A stretch of 64,000 nt of DNA from Candidatus Aenigmatarchaeota archaeon (GTDB taxonomy: Archaea > EX4484-52), in assembly GCA_023137195.1 (NCBI GenBank), contig JAGLPV010000015.1, positions 27,075-91,074 of the forward strand, read 5' to 3'. A program made the position numbers and the translations under genes. Every line of letters begins with the position of its first letter. Within the stretch, counting starts at the first letter, position 1. The notes beneath the pieces were generated by a model, which was given only the letters and a program-made list of their open reading frames with translations, did not search any database and was not told the origin of the DNA. Positions 46,182-55,332 of this stretch are shown piece after piece.

Positions 46182-46550
46182 ATGTCAAATAAATGTGTTA
46201 AGTGTGGAAAATTGCATCCTGACGATGCAAAATATTTGATTAATGGGTGTGATGTGTGTGGCGCAAAGTTCTTTTTTTATGTTAATGAAAATGATGAGAA
46301 AAAAGCAGAAAAACTATCTGCAAATTTGACTAAAAAACAAATTACTGAAATGGAGAGGGATGTTCGCGCTATCATCAAAAATAAAAAAAATGATATTCTT
46401 GTGTTGAGTATTGAAGCAGTAAGGGTTTTGTCGCCGGGAAAATATGAATTGGATTTAATTAATTTGTTTAATCAAAAACCTCTTGTTATTAAAATAGGCG
46501 AGGGGAAATATCGGATTGATATGACGGAAATACCTCGAAAAGAGAGATGA
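46182..46550 (+). CDS. Zn-ribbon protein (unknown function)
   Basis: CVKCGK...CDVCGAKFFF is a four-Cys ribbon at the N-terminus. The track start 46173 is GTG; the ATG is at 46182. Confidence 0.5.
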   Translation: MSNKCVKCGKLHPDDAKYLINGCDVCGAKFFFYVNENDEKKAEKLSANLTKKQITEMERDVRAIIKNKKNDILVLSIEAVRVLSPGKYELDLINLFNQKPLVIKIGEGKYRIDMTEIPRKER

Positions 46551-46578
46551 AATGTTTGTTTATTGGGATTAGGAGTGG

Positions 46579-46656
46579 TTTCTGTAGTCTTACGGAAATT
46601 GTTGGAAATTGTGTTCCTTATGCTTACGACATTTTTCTGCAGTCTTACGGAAATTG
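46579..46656 (+). repeat. Two 23-nt direct repeats spaced 55 nt apart
   Basis: tttctgtagtcttacggaaattg (46579-46601) and tttctgcagtcttacggaaattg (46634-46656) differ by one mismatch. Degenerate cttacg cores occur at 46623 and 46688. Confidence 0.5.
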
Positions 46657-46774
46657 CGTGCAGAAAAATACCATGAAAATCGCTGGGCTTACGGTGTTAC
46701 CGCGCTTTTCAAGGTTAAAAAGGGTTCACTGCGGAATTCACTCCTAGGTGAATTCCTTTGTTACTCCTTTTTAA

Positions 46775-46892
46775 TCCCGTCGCCCGGACTTGAACCGGGA
46801 ACAACTCGGTTACTGCTAACCAAATGCCTGCTGGCAAAAAGCGCAATGCACTCTTCTACAGCCGAGCACTCTACCAATTGAGTTACAACGGG
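46775..46892 (-). tRNA. tRNA-Tyr (anticodon GUA) with a 45-nt canonical-position intron
   Basis: Exon 1 (46892-46856) is CCCGTTG TA ACTC AATTGGTA GAGT G CTCGG CTGTAG. The intron is 46855-46811. Exon 2 (46810-46775) is A CCGAG TTGTT CCCGG TTCAAGT CCGGG CGACGGG A. The C1-G72 pair is the archaeal/eukaryal Tyr identity element. Confidence 0.85.
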
Positions 46893-46947
46893 GTATGTAT
46901 ATAATAGGTGTTAATTTTTAAAACATAATCTATCGTTATAAATATAT

Positions 46948-47280
46948 ATGAGATACAAAACAATTGTAAAAAATAAAAAAGAGCAGTCCATCATTGCAAA
47001 AACAAGGATTGAGCTTTTATATGCGCTGGCTTTGGATTCCTTGAGAAAAAAAGATATTGTTTTGGCAAGAAACAGTATAAAAAACATGATAAAAATCTCA
47101 AGAAAAAATAAGATTTCATTGAAAGATTACAACTGGTTTTTCTGCAAAAAATGCTTTGAGCCTTATGGTGTGGATACGATTGATATTTCTACAAATAAAC
47201 ATACGAAAACGCTAGATGTTCTTTGTAAAAATTGCGGATATGTCCGGAGAAAGCCATTGCAAAAAAATATTAATTCATAG
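46948..47280 (+). CDS. rnp4: RNase P protein component 4 (Rpp21 homolog)
   Basis: 110 aa. N-terminal helical IAKTRIELLYALA... and C-terminal zinc ribbon CKKCFEP...CKNCGYVRR. Confidence 0.7.
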   Translation: MRYKTIVKNKKEQSIIAKTRIELLYALALDSLRKKDIVLARNSIKNMIKISRKNKISLKDYNWFFCKKCFEPYGVDTIDISTNKHTKTLDVLCKNCGYVRRKPLQKNINS

Positions 47281-48229
47281 GGCTTCTTTTAACGGCTTGT
47301 ATAAAACATACGCTCGTGGATAAATCCCCGTTAGAAATATCCTTAAATTTTACTGTAAGTTTCTTTCTTTGGATTCCTGAATTTAGTGTTGTTTTAATAT
47401 CACGTATAATTTTAAAACCATTTTTATTTAAAAGATGCATATGGGTGGAATGCGGTGCTCTGTTTATTAAAAATTTTTTTCTTCCTGTTATGAATTTCCA
47501 TTCAAAATCAGAATAAGTCCAATGTCCATTCCATCTTCCTGATGTTCCGTGAGATTTAAAATCAATAGTATGGCTCATAAAACCATTTGGCTTCAACCAT
47601 TTATACATACTTTCATAACTATGATTTAATTCAGTTACATGTTCCATAACTGCCTGAGAATATATCATGTCCACTGATTCTGGAATTATTACATTTGTAT
47701 CATTCCAAGGTATAAAATATTTAATGACTATTTTTCCTTTGTCCTCATTTGGGTTTACAAGTGCATTTCTTATGGAATCTAATCTTTTTGAATTTAACAT
47801 TTTTTTAAGATGTTTTTCTGTTAAAATTTGTATTGGAAACTCATAATTATCTAAGTCTGGTTTGACTCGAGGATATTCATCTGGACCAGGTATATTTTCT
47901 TTTTTTTTAAACAAGTCCGCTAATTCTTCAAATATCTTAATGTTTTTCTCCTTATTCCAGTATTTTACTACATCAAGAGCATAATATTTATCTGCTCCGC
48001 AAATTAAAGCTGCAATTCCAACGCCCAATGAATCGCCCGGTCCAAGTTCTGCAATAGTTGAAGGAATTTTAAAACCGTTTTTATGGGCCAAACAAAGATG
48101 TCTTAGCCAAATAGAGTAACAATATCTTGCTTCATCAGTACCGCCTGTACTTTTATGTAAATTTATAATTTTTTCTATACCAGGTATATTTTTTATTATT
48201 GATTTTATTAATAATTTAAACCCAATCAT
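47270..48229 (-). CDS. Class I SAM-dependent methyltransferase
   Basis: Motif I IAELGPGDSLGVGIAALICGA followed by an acidic loop YYALDV. 319 aa. Confidence 0.65.
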   Translation of the reverse strand: MIGFKLLIKSIIKNIPGIEKIINLHKSTGGTDEARYCYSIWLRHLCLAHKNGFKIPSTIAELGPGDSLGVGIAALICGADKYYALDVVKYWNKEKNIKIFEELADLFKKKENIPGPDEYPRVKPDLDNYEFPIQILTEKHLKKMLNSKRLDSIRNALVNPNEDKGKIVIKYFIPWNDTNVIIPESVDMIYSQAVMEHVTELNHSYESMYKWLKPNGFMSHTIDFKSHGTSGRWNGHWTYSDFEWKFITGRKKFLINRAPHSTHMHLLNKNGFKIIRDIKTTLNSGIQRKKLTVKFKDISNGDLSTSVCFIQAVKRSPMN

Positions 48230-48396
48230 TATCTAAAATTAGTATATGCAATTAAATAATTATTCTTTCTTCCTTGATATTTTTGAGCATTATTGTTAAC
48301 ATTTCAACAAATAAATCTGCAAAACCCCAGAATATCCTATGTAAAAACTACAGATATGCCAAAATAAAAACCCCTTGCAAACACGATTTTACTGAT

Positions 48397-50895
48397 TTAA
48401 TAACTATAAAGTGACGTTTCTTCTGACTCATCCAAAATACTTGTTTTTTCTGATTCAGTATTGTTGTCGATATTATTTTCTTTTATTAACTTAAATATCT
48501 TTATTTCTTCATTGTCAAAGACTTTTTCCAAAAAAGGAATATTGTGACCATCAAAAATATACAACCTTGCAAAATTTGAAATCCCGGGAGTTTTTGTCGG
48601 ATATGGAATGTATGTGCCGTATTTTGAAAACAGCATGCAGAAATCAGCTACATTGCTTGTTTCGTTCGGAGCTAAATCAACAAGACCATCTTGAGTGCAT
48701 AAGTATTTTATTTTCATATTTTGCATTCCCTGCGTCAGCATTATATTTCCCATCAAACCGCCGTTTTCATTCAAAGGAACCGAAATGATGCCTCCTCCGA
48801 AATTAAATATTGCAACAGTTATGTTGTTTTTCTTTTCCAGTTGTGGTTGAGGTAATGGCGAAAAATAATTCTCTGGCTTCTTGAATAAGTTGTCCTCTTC
48901 ATAATAGTCGTTCTGTCCGGCATAATGACCTATCCTGCTCATCATAGGGTACTTTCCAATTAATGTCCTGTCTACTACCATATAGTCTGCCTGGTACTCT
49001 ATCATCAAATCTTTTATGTGAGTTATGTTTGTATCTGTAAACATTTGTGCAAGATGCTCATTTACTGTATTATTAGCATTCATTCCATCTGCTGTACTTC
49101 TTCTGTTACCTGCCGTCTGGAACCAATATCCATAATCCCACCAACTCATGATTGCCGCATCTTCGGGCGTATTGTGTTTCATCCACTTCATTGATTCCTG
49201 CCATTTTGAATCAAATGTAAGCCCTGTGTATTTGTTTACAACATAAGCAGAAGAAATATTTACAGAGATAAAACACACGGCGATAAAAATAACAGCAATT
49301 GCTTTTGCAAAGGGAATTATATTAATTGTCTCATCCTCTTCATTTTGAACATCTTCTTTTTTTGAAGAAGAACGTTCTTTTATTTTTTCAAAAAAATCAA
49401 TTGTTTTTTGGTTTTTAATTAAACTCCGGCTTCCCTCATATAAATATGAAGCACCCATCCCTGCCATTATACAAAAAGGAGCTCCCAGAATAAACATGAC
49501 TCTTATGTACTTTAATGATCCGTGGATGGATGAAGCCATCCATAAAACAATTAAAATGATGCCAATATTTGTACTGTAAAATGAGATAAAAAACACAAAA
49601 GCAATCAGACCGTAATAAAAATTAAAGTAACCTAAAAGAGGAACAGCAATCAATGCAAGATAAAAGATATCTTTATTTTTATATTCTCCTCTCTTTTTAT
49701 ACAACTCATAAAATATAAATATCAAAAATATCCATAATAGAGAAGTTACGCTAAAATAAGACAGGATTGTTCCTGGTATGTTGTAGGACTTGTCCTGATT
49801 GAACAAAGGAGTATTCAAAACCTGTTGCATATAGCTTATTCCTGAAGCAACACTAAATTGATTTTCTATTTGCGCAAGAGATCCAGGGGCATTTTCTGCA
49901 ACAGTCGTGGTAGACACACCCTTTTCTAAAGCCACAAGCCCTGTTACTGACTTAATTAAACCAGCACATGAAGGAATAAAAAAAGAGCCGATAAATACCA
50001 TAAAAATAACGCCCGTTATTGACACAGGAATAATGTATTTGTGCATGGATTTGTCTTTTACTTTCTTCTGGGCAAAATAAACAAAACAAATCAACGCGGA
50101 TAATCCTAAAAGCAATTGTCCATTTGCATATAATGGAGAAACTGAAATTCTTTTAAATCCCAGCAAAAAAGGAAGAATAACTCCCATAACGGCAATTGGA
50201 ATCTGTGATTTTAAAAGTAAAGAAATATTCTTTTTTTTAAACAGGAGAAGAATAAAATAAAATCCAATAATCAAAAGCATAATTGGATTTGCAAGACCGC
50301 TTATTACATTTAAAAAACAAAAACACATTCCTCCAAGCATTGAATTGAAAATGGTGTCCTTCTTAAATGATTTTACAATATAATACATTGTCATTATTAT
50401 AAAAATACCTGCCAGAGGCTCTTTTTCGATAAACCCCGCAGATGTTCTGTATAATATGGCTGGAGTTGTCGCATAAAGAAATGCGGCGAAAAGCCCTGTT
50501 TTTTTATTCCTCAGTTGGGATGCCAGCAAATAAATCGCCAGAACCTGCAATGTTCCCATAAGCGCCGGGTAAATCCATGCAAATTTATAATATGTAAAAA
50601 AGAATTTGAAAAAAACAGAATACAAAATTGCAGGAATATAATATGTCAATGCCAGGTTTTCATGAGGATCTCTTCCATTAGGATAATACTGCATCAAATC
50701 ATTATCCGGTAGATGAAATTCATTTTCAATTAAATGCAAACTTATCCTGTACATATAAAATGGATCTAATGCACGAAAGCAATCTACTCCTTCAACACAC
50801 GTATCCATTAAATCCATCGGTATGAGTCTAATCCATAAAGAAACAAGCAAAACAAAAACAAGAAGCCCGACATAGAGATATTTGTTTTTATTCAT
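48397..50895 (-). CDS. aglB: Archaeal oligosaccharyltransferase AglB (STT3 family)
   Basis: A multi-TM N-terminal half and the WWDYGYW motif (MSWWDYGYWF) at the start of the soluble C-terminal domain. 832 aa. Confidence 0.9.
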   Translation of the reverse strand: MNKNKYLYVGLLVFVLLVSLWIRLIPMDLMDTCVEGVDCFRALDPFYMYRISLHLIENEFHLPDNDLMQYYPNGRDPHENLALTYYIPAILYSVFFKFFFTYYKFAWIYPALMGTLQVLAIYLLASQLRNKKTGLFAAFLYATTPAILYRTSAGFIEKEPLAGIFIIMTMYYIVKSFKKDTIFNSMLGGMCFCFLNVISGLANPIMLLIIGFYFILLLFKKKNISLLLKSQIPIAVMGVILPFLLGFKRISVSPLYANGQLLLGLSALICFVYFAQKKVKDKSMHKYIIPVSITGVIFMVFIGSFFIPSCAGLIKSVTGLVALEKGVSTTTVAENAPGSLAQIENQFSVASGISYMQQVLNTPLFNQDKSYNIPGTILSYFSVTSLLWIFLIFIFYELYKKRGEYKNKDIFYLALIAVPLLGYFNFYYGLIAFVFFISFYSTNIGIILIVLWMASSIHGSLKYIRVMFILGAPFCIMAGMGASYLYEGSRSLIKNQKTIDFFEKIKERSSSKKEDVQNEEDETINIIPFAKAIAVIFIAVCFISVNISSAYVVNKYTGLTFDSKWQESMKWMKHNTPEDAAIMSWWDYGYWFQTAGNRRSTADGMNANNTVNEHLAQMFTDTNITHIKDLMIEYQADYMVVDRTLIGKYPMMSRIGHYAGQNDYYEEDNLFKKPENYFSPLPQPQLEKKNNITVAIFNFGGGIISVPLNENGGLMGNIMLTQGMQNMKIKYLCTQDGLVDLAPNETSNVADFCMLFSKYGTYIPYPTKTPGISNFARLYIFDGHNIPFLEKVFDNEEIKIFKLIKENNIDNNTESEKTSILDESEETSLYSY

Positions 50896-50929
50896 ATTTG
50901 TTTACCTGTTATAATTTTAAATAGTTAAT

Positions 50930-52390
50930 TTATTCGTCTTTTAATTTATACCTGTGCACCCAATCGTAATGGATGCCCCCGTCCCTTGAAAAAATGCGAC
51001 CTTCTTCGCTTAATTTTGTGAAATATTGTTCTGACCTTTTTTCTGTCCAGTTCATGAGCTCCACTATGTTTGCAATGATATCCTCTTTTGTTTTATCTGA
51101 GATTAAAATCGCTCTTCTGATATCCAATGGGATTTCGACCTTCCATTCCCTTTCTTTTAGATTGTATTTTTTTTCTTCATCAATCTTTTCTATGACCTGG
51201 GTTATATTTTTCTCAAAAGTATTGATTACATTTTTTTGTATTTTTTGATTATTCTTTTCAAAGGCAGTATAATAAGAAGTTATTCTTGCGCATTGTATTT
51301 CAATCAAATCCATGTCGTAAATGTTATTAAATATTATTTCTTCTGTTTTGTTCATCCATGAGCTGATTTTTAATATTGAAGAATCAAGAACCTGATTGAA
51401 TGATTTTGAAGTTAGTTGCTTATCTCCCAAACAGCCGTAATATATCAAAGAATTTTGCAGGGCGGTATTGTTCGCGATGTCCTTTTCTCCATAAACATTA
51501 ATCCCGTCTATTGCATATTTGTATTCAGATTCCCGGATATTGTTGTCTTTTATTTTTGAAGCAACATTCCATGATAAGACATTGTAGTTCTTTAAGATTT
51601 CCCTGTTTTTTCGCATGGATTCAAATTCCTTTATTGTCCCGTTTAATTCATTTAAAATGCCTACATGCTCAAGAGTAATTCCATAATCTGAATTATTCAA
51701 ATACTTGTCAAAAACATCCACATCTTTTTTTGTCCGGGAATCGTATATATAAGAAGCTCCTAATCCATCTACATACGTCTTTCTATCCAAAATATCCGAG
51801 CCAATGTAAGGAGATAAAAGGGAATCTGAGACATGGTTGTCTCTCATGCTTAATGAAGATATTTCTGTAATGCTTTTTTGCATCTCTTTTAGCGTCAGGA
51901 CAGGATACTTTGGGTTGTTGTCTTTTGAAATTTTTAATGTGGTCGCCTCCGGCTTACTCATAAGGGAAAATAATTCATAATAGTTTTTATTGTGTTCTAG
52001 TTTACTGCCTGTTATTTTTTTTATTTTAATAGAATAAGGTATGTCTGAATCCAATTTTGTTTCATACGGGGCGATTATTATTGTCATTAAATCATTCCTA
52101 GATAATTCTGCATAAAAATTATATAACTTAAAACCACTATCTGATTCCATGCATTTGTTTCTTTTAAATATAAACTGTATTTTTTTAATTAGTAGTTTTG
52201 AAGGTTTTTTTATCAATTCCAGATATCCTTCTATTGCCTTGATTTTTTTTCCGGATCTTAATTTTGCATTTGCCTGCGAATAGAGCTTTTGATTTAGAGG
52301 TAGTTTTTTGATTGCTGTGGAATCATAATTTTCATAAAAATTCTTTTTTCCTGAATATCCTATTTCTTCAATTAATTCTTCAAATGACAT
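50930..52390 (-). CDS. Hypothetical protein translationally coupled to mcm
   Basis: 486 aa with no recognisable motif. Its ATG (52388-52390) sits 1 nt after the mcm stop codon (52392-52394). Confidence 0.5.
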   Translation of the reverse strand: MSFEELIEEIGYSGKKNFYENYDSTAIKKLPLNQKLYSQANAKLRSGKKIKAIEGYLELIKKPSKLLIKKIQFIFKRNKCMESDSGFKLYNFYAELSRNDLMTIIIAPYETKLDSDIPYSIKIKKITGSKLEHNKNYYELFSLMSKPEATTLKISKDNNPKYPVLTLKEMQKSITEISSLSMRDNHVSDSLLSPYIGSDILDRKTYVDGLGASYIYDSRTKKDVDVFDKYLNNSDYGITLEHVGILNELNGTIKEFESMRKNREILKNYNVLSWNVASKIKDNNIRESEYKYAIDGINVYGEKDIANNTALQNSLIYYGCLGDKQLTSKSFNQVLDSSILKISSWMNKTEEIIFNNIYDMDLIEIQCARITSYYTAFEKNNQKIQKNVINTFEKNITQVIEKIDEEKKYNLKEREWKVEIPLDIRRAILISDKTKEDIIANIVELMNWTEKRSEQYFTKLSEEGRIFSRDGGIHYDWVHRYKLKDE

Positions 52391-52391
52391 A

Positions 52392-54443
52392 TTACAACCT
52401 CTTTATTTTGCCTACACTTGGCTCGTAGATATCGCCGCTTTGTTTTAGTTTGGATATAAATATCTCGGCATCAACGCGACTTATTTTTTCGTTTTCTGCC
52501 TGCTCTATCACATCATCCATAAGAGCAACAGATTGTGGACTTGAGCCCTGTAGTTCCTCGATTATTTTTAGCATCATGTATAGTTTATTTCTCTGGGCAC
52601 TGGATGTTCTTCCTTCCATCCTGTCTATGTCTATTTCTCCTGTTTCAGGGTCCACGCCGATTTGCGTCAGGCAATATCTCACTATTTTTATTGCCTGCTT
52701 TGCATCCTCCTTCGTCACTTCCTCAGACAGTCGTATCTTTGCAGAAGCCTCAGAAAGACGGATTAGTGCTTCCAACTGTCTTGCGCCGATAGGAACGATA
52801 TTTTTATCTTCAGAAGCGTATTTGTTTCTTAGAGTTACATAAAACTTTTCAATTTCTACCATAGCATCCTTCATGAGTTTTGGGCGCATATGGATTTTTG
52901 CGTAAGCGATATATTTTCTCAACAGTTCCCGCTCTATTGGTGTTTCTTCTTCTACTTCTTCTTCATGTATCCTTAAAATATGCTTTACGAGCTTTGAATC
53001 TCTTTTTTTGTCAGGAATATCTCTTATGGCGAATATTAAATCAAAACGGGAAAGCAGAGTGTCCGGGATGTCTATCTGCTCTACAATGGAGCTGTTGGGG
53101 TCAAATCTTCCGAATTTTGGATTCGCGGCTGCAAGAACTGTTGTCTGGGCTTGAAGTGTTGCCTGGATGTTTGCTTTTGAAATGGTTATAGTCTGTTGTT
53201 CCAGCGCTTCGTGCATTGCAGAACGGTCTTCCTTGCTCATCTTGTCCAGTTCATCAATAAGCGCCATCCCTTTGTTTGCAAGAACCAATGCACCTGCTTC
53301 CAGTGCCCACCCTCGCATAAATTCATCCTTTACGACAGTCGCTGTAATTCCTGCTCCTGTAGTTGATTTTCCCACGATGTATCTTGCCTTTGGAGCCAAC
53401 TTTGACACATATTTAAGTATCTGTGATTTACCTCCGCCTGGGTCTCCTACAAGAAATATATGGATGTCTCCCCTGCTTGTGACTCCGTCAGATCTTTCCT
53501 TTCTTGAACCGCCAAACAGCTGGTACATAATCGCTTCTTTTATTTTTTCATGACCGTATATGGATGGAGCTATGGATTTTACTATATTTGCATAGACTTC
53601 CGGGTCAGCGGCGTATTCTTTTATTTTCTTTTCTTCTTCTTTGCTTATTTCAATATCTTCAAATTCATGTTCTATTATAAATAAGTAATTTGCTTCCAGA
53701 AAAATGTCTCTCCTTCTTGTCTCTTTGCCCTCCTCCACTCGCATAGGCATATCTCTTAAAATTCCGGTCAGGTTGACCTTGGAACCAGGGACTACGCTTC
53801 TCTGAAAAAGAGGATCTACTAAATCATCTCTTAAAAACACGCCCAGTTTTCTTGGCTGTGCGCCACCTTCTAATTTTTCCGGTAGTTCTTCTATTTCCAG
53901 CCGCTGGACATCCCTTAATTTTCTCATTGTCTGGGTAAATCCTCTCTTGTTTCCGCATTCGCAAACATAGGGCTTTTTTAGATAGGTGTCTTCCTGTATG
54001 ACTGTTGTCTTGGCGTTACAGGCAGGACAGGTAAATGTTATGAAAATGATTTCCGGTCTTACTTCAGATGCCTGTTTTATTATTCCTTCAAACGAGACAA
54101 ATTTTTTGAGGTGCTCACTTCTTAAGTTCTTTATTTTCAGGACTTTGTGTTCAGGGAGATTAAATACTCTTACTGTTTTTTTACCCTCTATGTCTAAATC
54201 AACCTTGTTTATTGCTTCCTCTACGTACTCGAACCATTCGTCCGGGCGGTTGATGAGGGCGTCTGATAATTTTGTGCTGTATTTGTCCAAGTCTGCAAAA
54301 TCAACGAGAAGGGGTTTTCCGGCAGAAAAACTCTTCCGGGCTTTTTTTAAGTATTTTTTTTCAAAAAAAGAAGTGAGTTGTTCTACTAATTCGTCATCGT
54401 ATGCATTTTCTTCCTCAGAAAATAGATTTTGTTCACTACCCAT
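52392..54443 (-). CDS. mcm: Replicative MCM helicase
   Basis: Zn finger CPACNAK...CECGN, Walker A GDPGGGKSQ, Walker B ALIDELDKM, arginine finger SRFDLIF, and a C-terminal wH. 683 aa. Confidence 0.92.
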   Translation of the reverse strand: MGSEQNLFSEEENAYDDELVEQLTSFFEKKYLKKARKSFSAGKPLLVDFADLDKYSTKLSDALINRPDEWFEYVEEAINKVDLDIEGKKTVRVFNLPEHKVLKIKNLRSEHLKKFVSFEGIIKQASEVRPEIIFITFTCPACNAKTTVIQEDTYLKKPYVCECGNKRGFTQTMRKLRDVQRLEIEELPEKLEGGAQPRKLGVFLRDDLVDPLFQRSVVPGSKVNLTGILRDMPMRVEEGKETRRRDIFLEANYLFIIEHEFEDIEISKEEEKKIKEYAADPEVYANIVKSIAPSIYGHEKIKEAIMYQLFGGSRKERSDGVTSRGDIHIFLVGDPGGGKSQILKYVSKLAPKARYIVGKSTTGAGITATVVKDEFMRGWALEAGALVLANKGMALIDELDKMSKEDRSAMHEALEQQTITISKANIQATLQAQTTVLAAANPKFGRFDPNSSIVEQIDIPDTLLSRFDLIFAIRDIPDKKRDSKLVKHILRIHEEEVEEETPIERELLRKYIAYAKIHMRPKLMKDAMVEIEKFYVTLRNKYASEDKNIVPIGARQLEALIRLSEASAKIRLSEEVTKEDAKQAIKIVRYCLTQIGVDPETGEIDIDRMEGRTSSAQRNKLYMMLKIIEELQGSSPQSVALMDDVIEQAENEKISRVDAEIFISKLKQSGDIYEPSVGKIKRL

Positions 54444-54469
54444 ACTACAAAAATAAAATTTATTAAATC

Positions 54470-55249
54470 TTATTTTTTTAAATCACCTCCACTCAAATAG
54501 ATATAATTTGCTTCTAAATATAAGTCCCTTAGTGTTGTTTCTTTATTATTTTCTGATGATTTGTCGCGTAATATTCCTGTTAAATATATTTCTTTGCCAA
54601 TATTCTGCTCAAATAAAGGATTGACCAAATCACCATTTAACTCAATATCAATATCTTTTTTTTTAATCCCTATTTTATTGTTTTTATAAGTCATTTGCCC
54701 TTTTAGATTTTGAGTATTTCTATATTTTTTCATTTCTTGTGTGAAACCACGCTTGTTTCCACATTCGCACATAAATGGCTTTTTTACGAACATTTCATCC
54801 TGTATTACTATTTTTTTAGCGTTGCAGGCGGGACAGACGAATGTTATGTAAATAATGCGGGGTTTGACTCCATATACTTTCTTTATTGTCCCTTCAAACG
54901 AGACAAATTTATTCAAGTTCTCGCATATTAAGTCCTTTATTTTCAGGATTTTGTGCTTAGGGAGATTAAATGCCATTACTGCTCTTTTTCCATCAACTCC
55001 AAAATCAATTTTCTCCAGCGCACCATTACTGCATTCAAACCAATCCTCTGGTCGGTTGATGAGGGCGTCTGACAATTTTGTGCTATACTTGTCTAAGTCT
55101 GCAAAATCAACGAGAAGGGGTTTTCCGGCAGAAAAACTCTTCCGGGCTTTTTTTAAGTATTTTTTTTCAAAAAAAGAAGTGAGCTGTTCTACTAATTCGT
55201 CATCGTATGCATTTTCTTCCTCAGAAAATAGATTTGACTCAGCCCCCAT
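54470..55249 (-). CDS. Stand-alone MCM N-terminal domain protein (no AAA+ module)
   Basis: The first ~67 aa are almost identical to MCM. The remainder is collinear but diverged through the Zn finger (CPACNAK..CECGN) and the OB region up to LEANY, where the ORF stops. The track start 55252 is GTG; the ATG is at 55249. Confidence 0.7.
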   Translation of the reverse strand: MGAESNLFSEEENAYDDELVEQLTSFFEKKYLKKARKSFSAGKPLLVDFADLDKYSTKLSDALINRPEDWFECSNGALEKIDFGVDGKRAVMAFNLPKHKILKIKDLICENLNKFVSFEGTIKKVYGVKPRIIYITFVCPACNAKKIVIQDEMFVKKPFMCECGNKRGFTQEMKKYRNTQNLKGQMTYKNNKIGIKKKDIDIELNGDLVNPLFEQNIGKEIYLTGILRDKSSENNKETTLRDLYLEANYIYLSGGDLKK

Positions 55250-55332
55250 CACAATATATAGATATTAAGATTAAAAAATTAGTGTTTTGTTACAATGTCC
55301 GGCCTATAATTATTATTGACCAAGAGACTTCT

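Noticed and set aside
46579-46700. Possible miniature CRISPR array (23-nt repeats, ~32-nt spacers)
   Set aside because: There are only two good repeats plus degenerate cores. The repeat is short, no cas genes occur anywhere in the window, and the spacing of the third core breaks the period.
46547-46881. Track ORFs 46547..46747 and 46609..46881
   Set aside because: They run antisense through the intron-containing tRNA-Tyr and the repeat-bearing spacer. Their translated sequences have no motifs. The tRNA explains the open frame.
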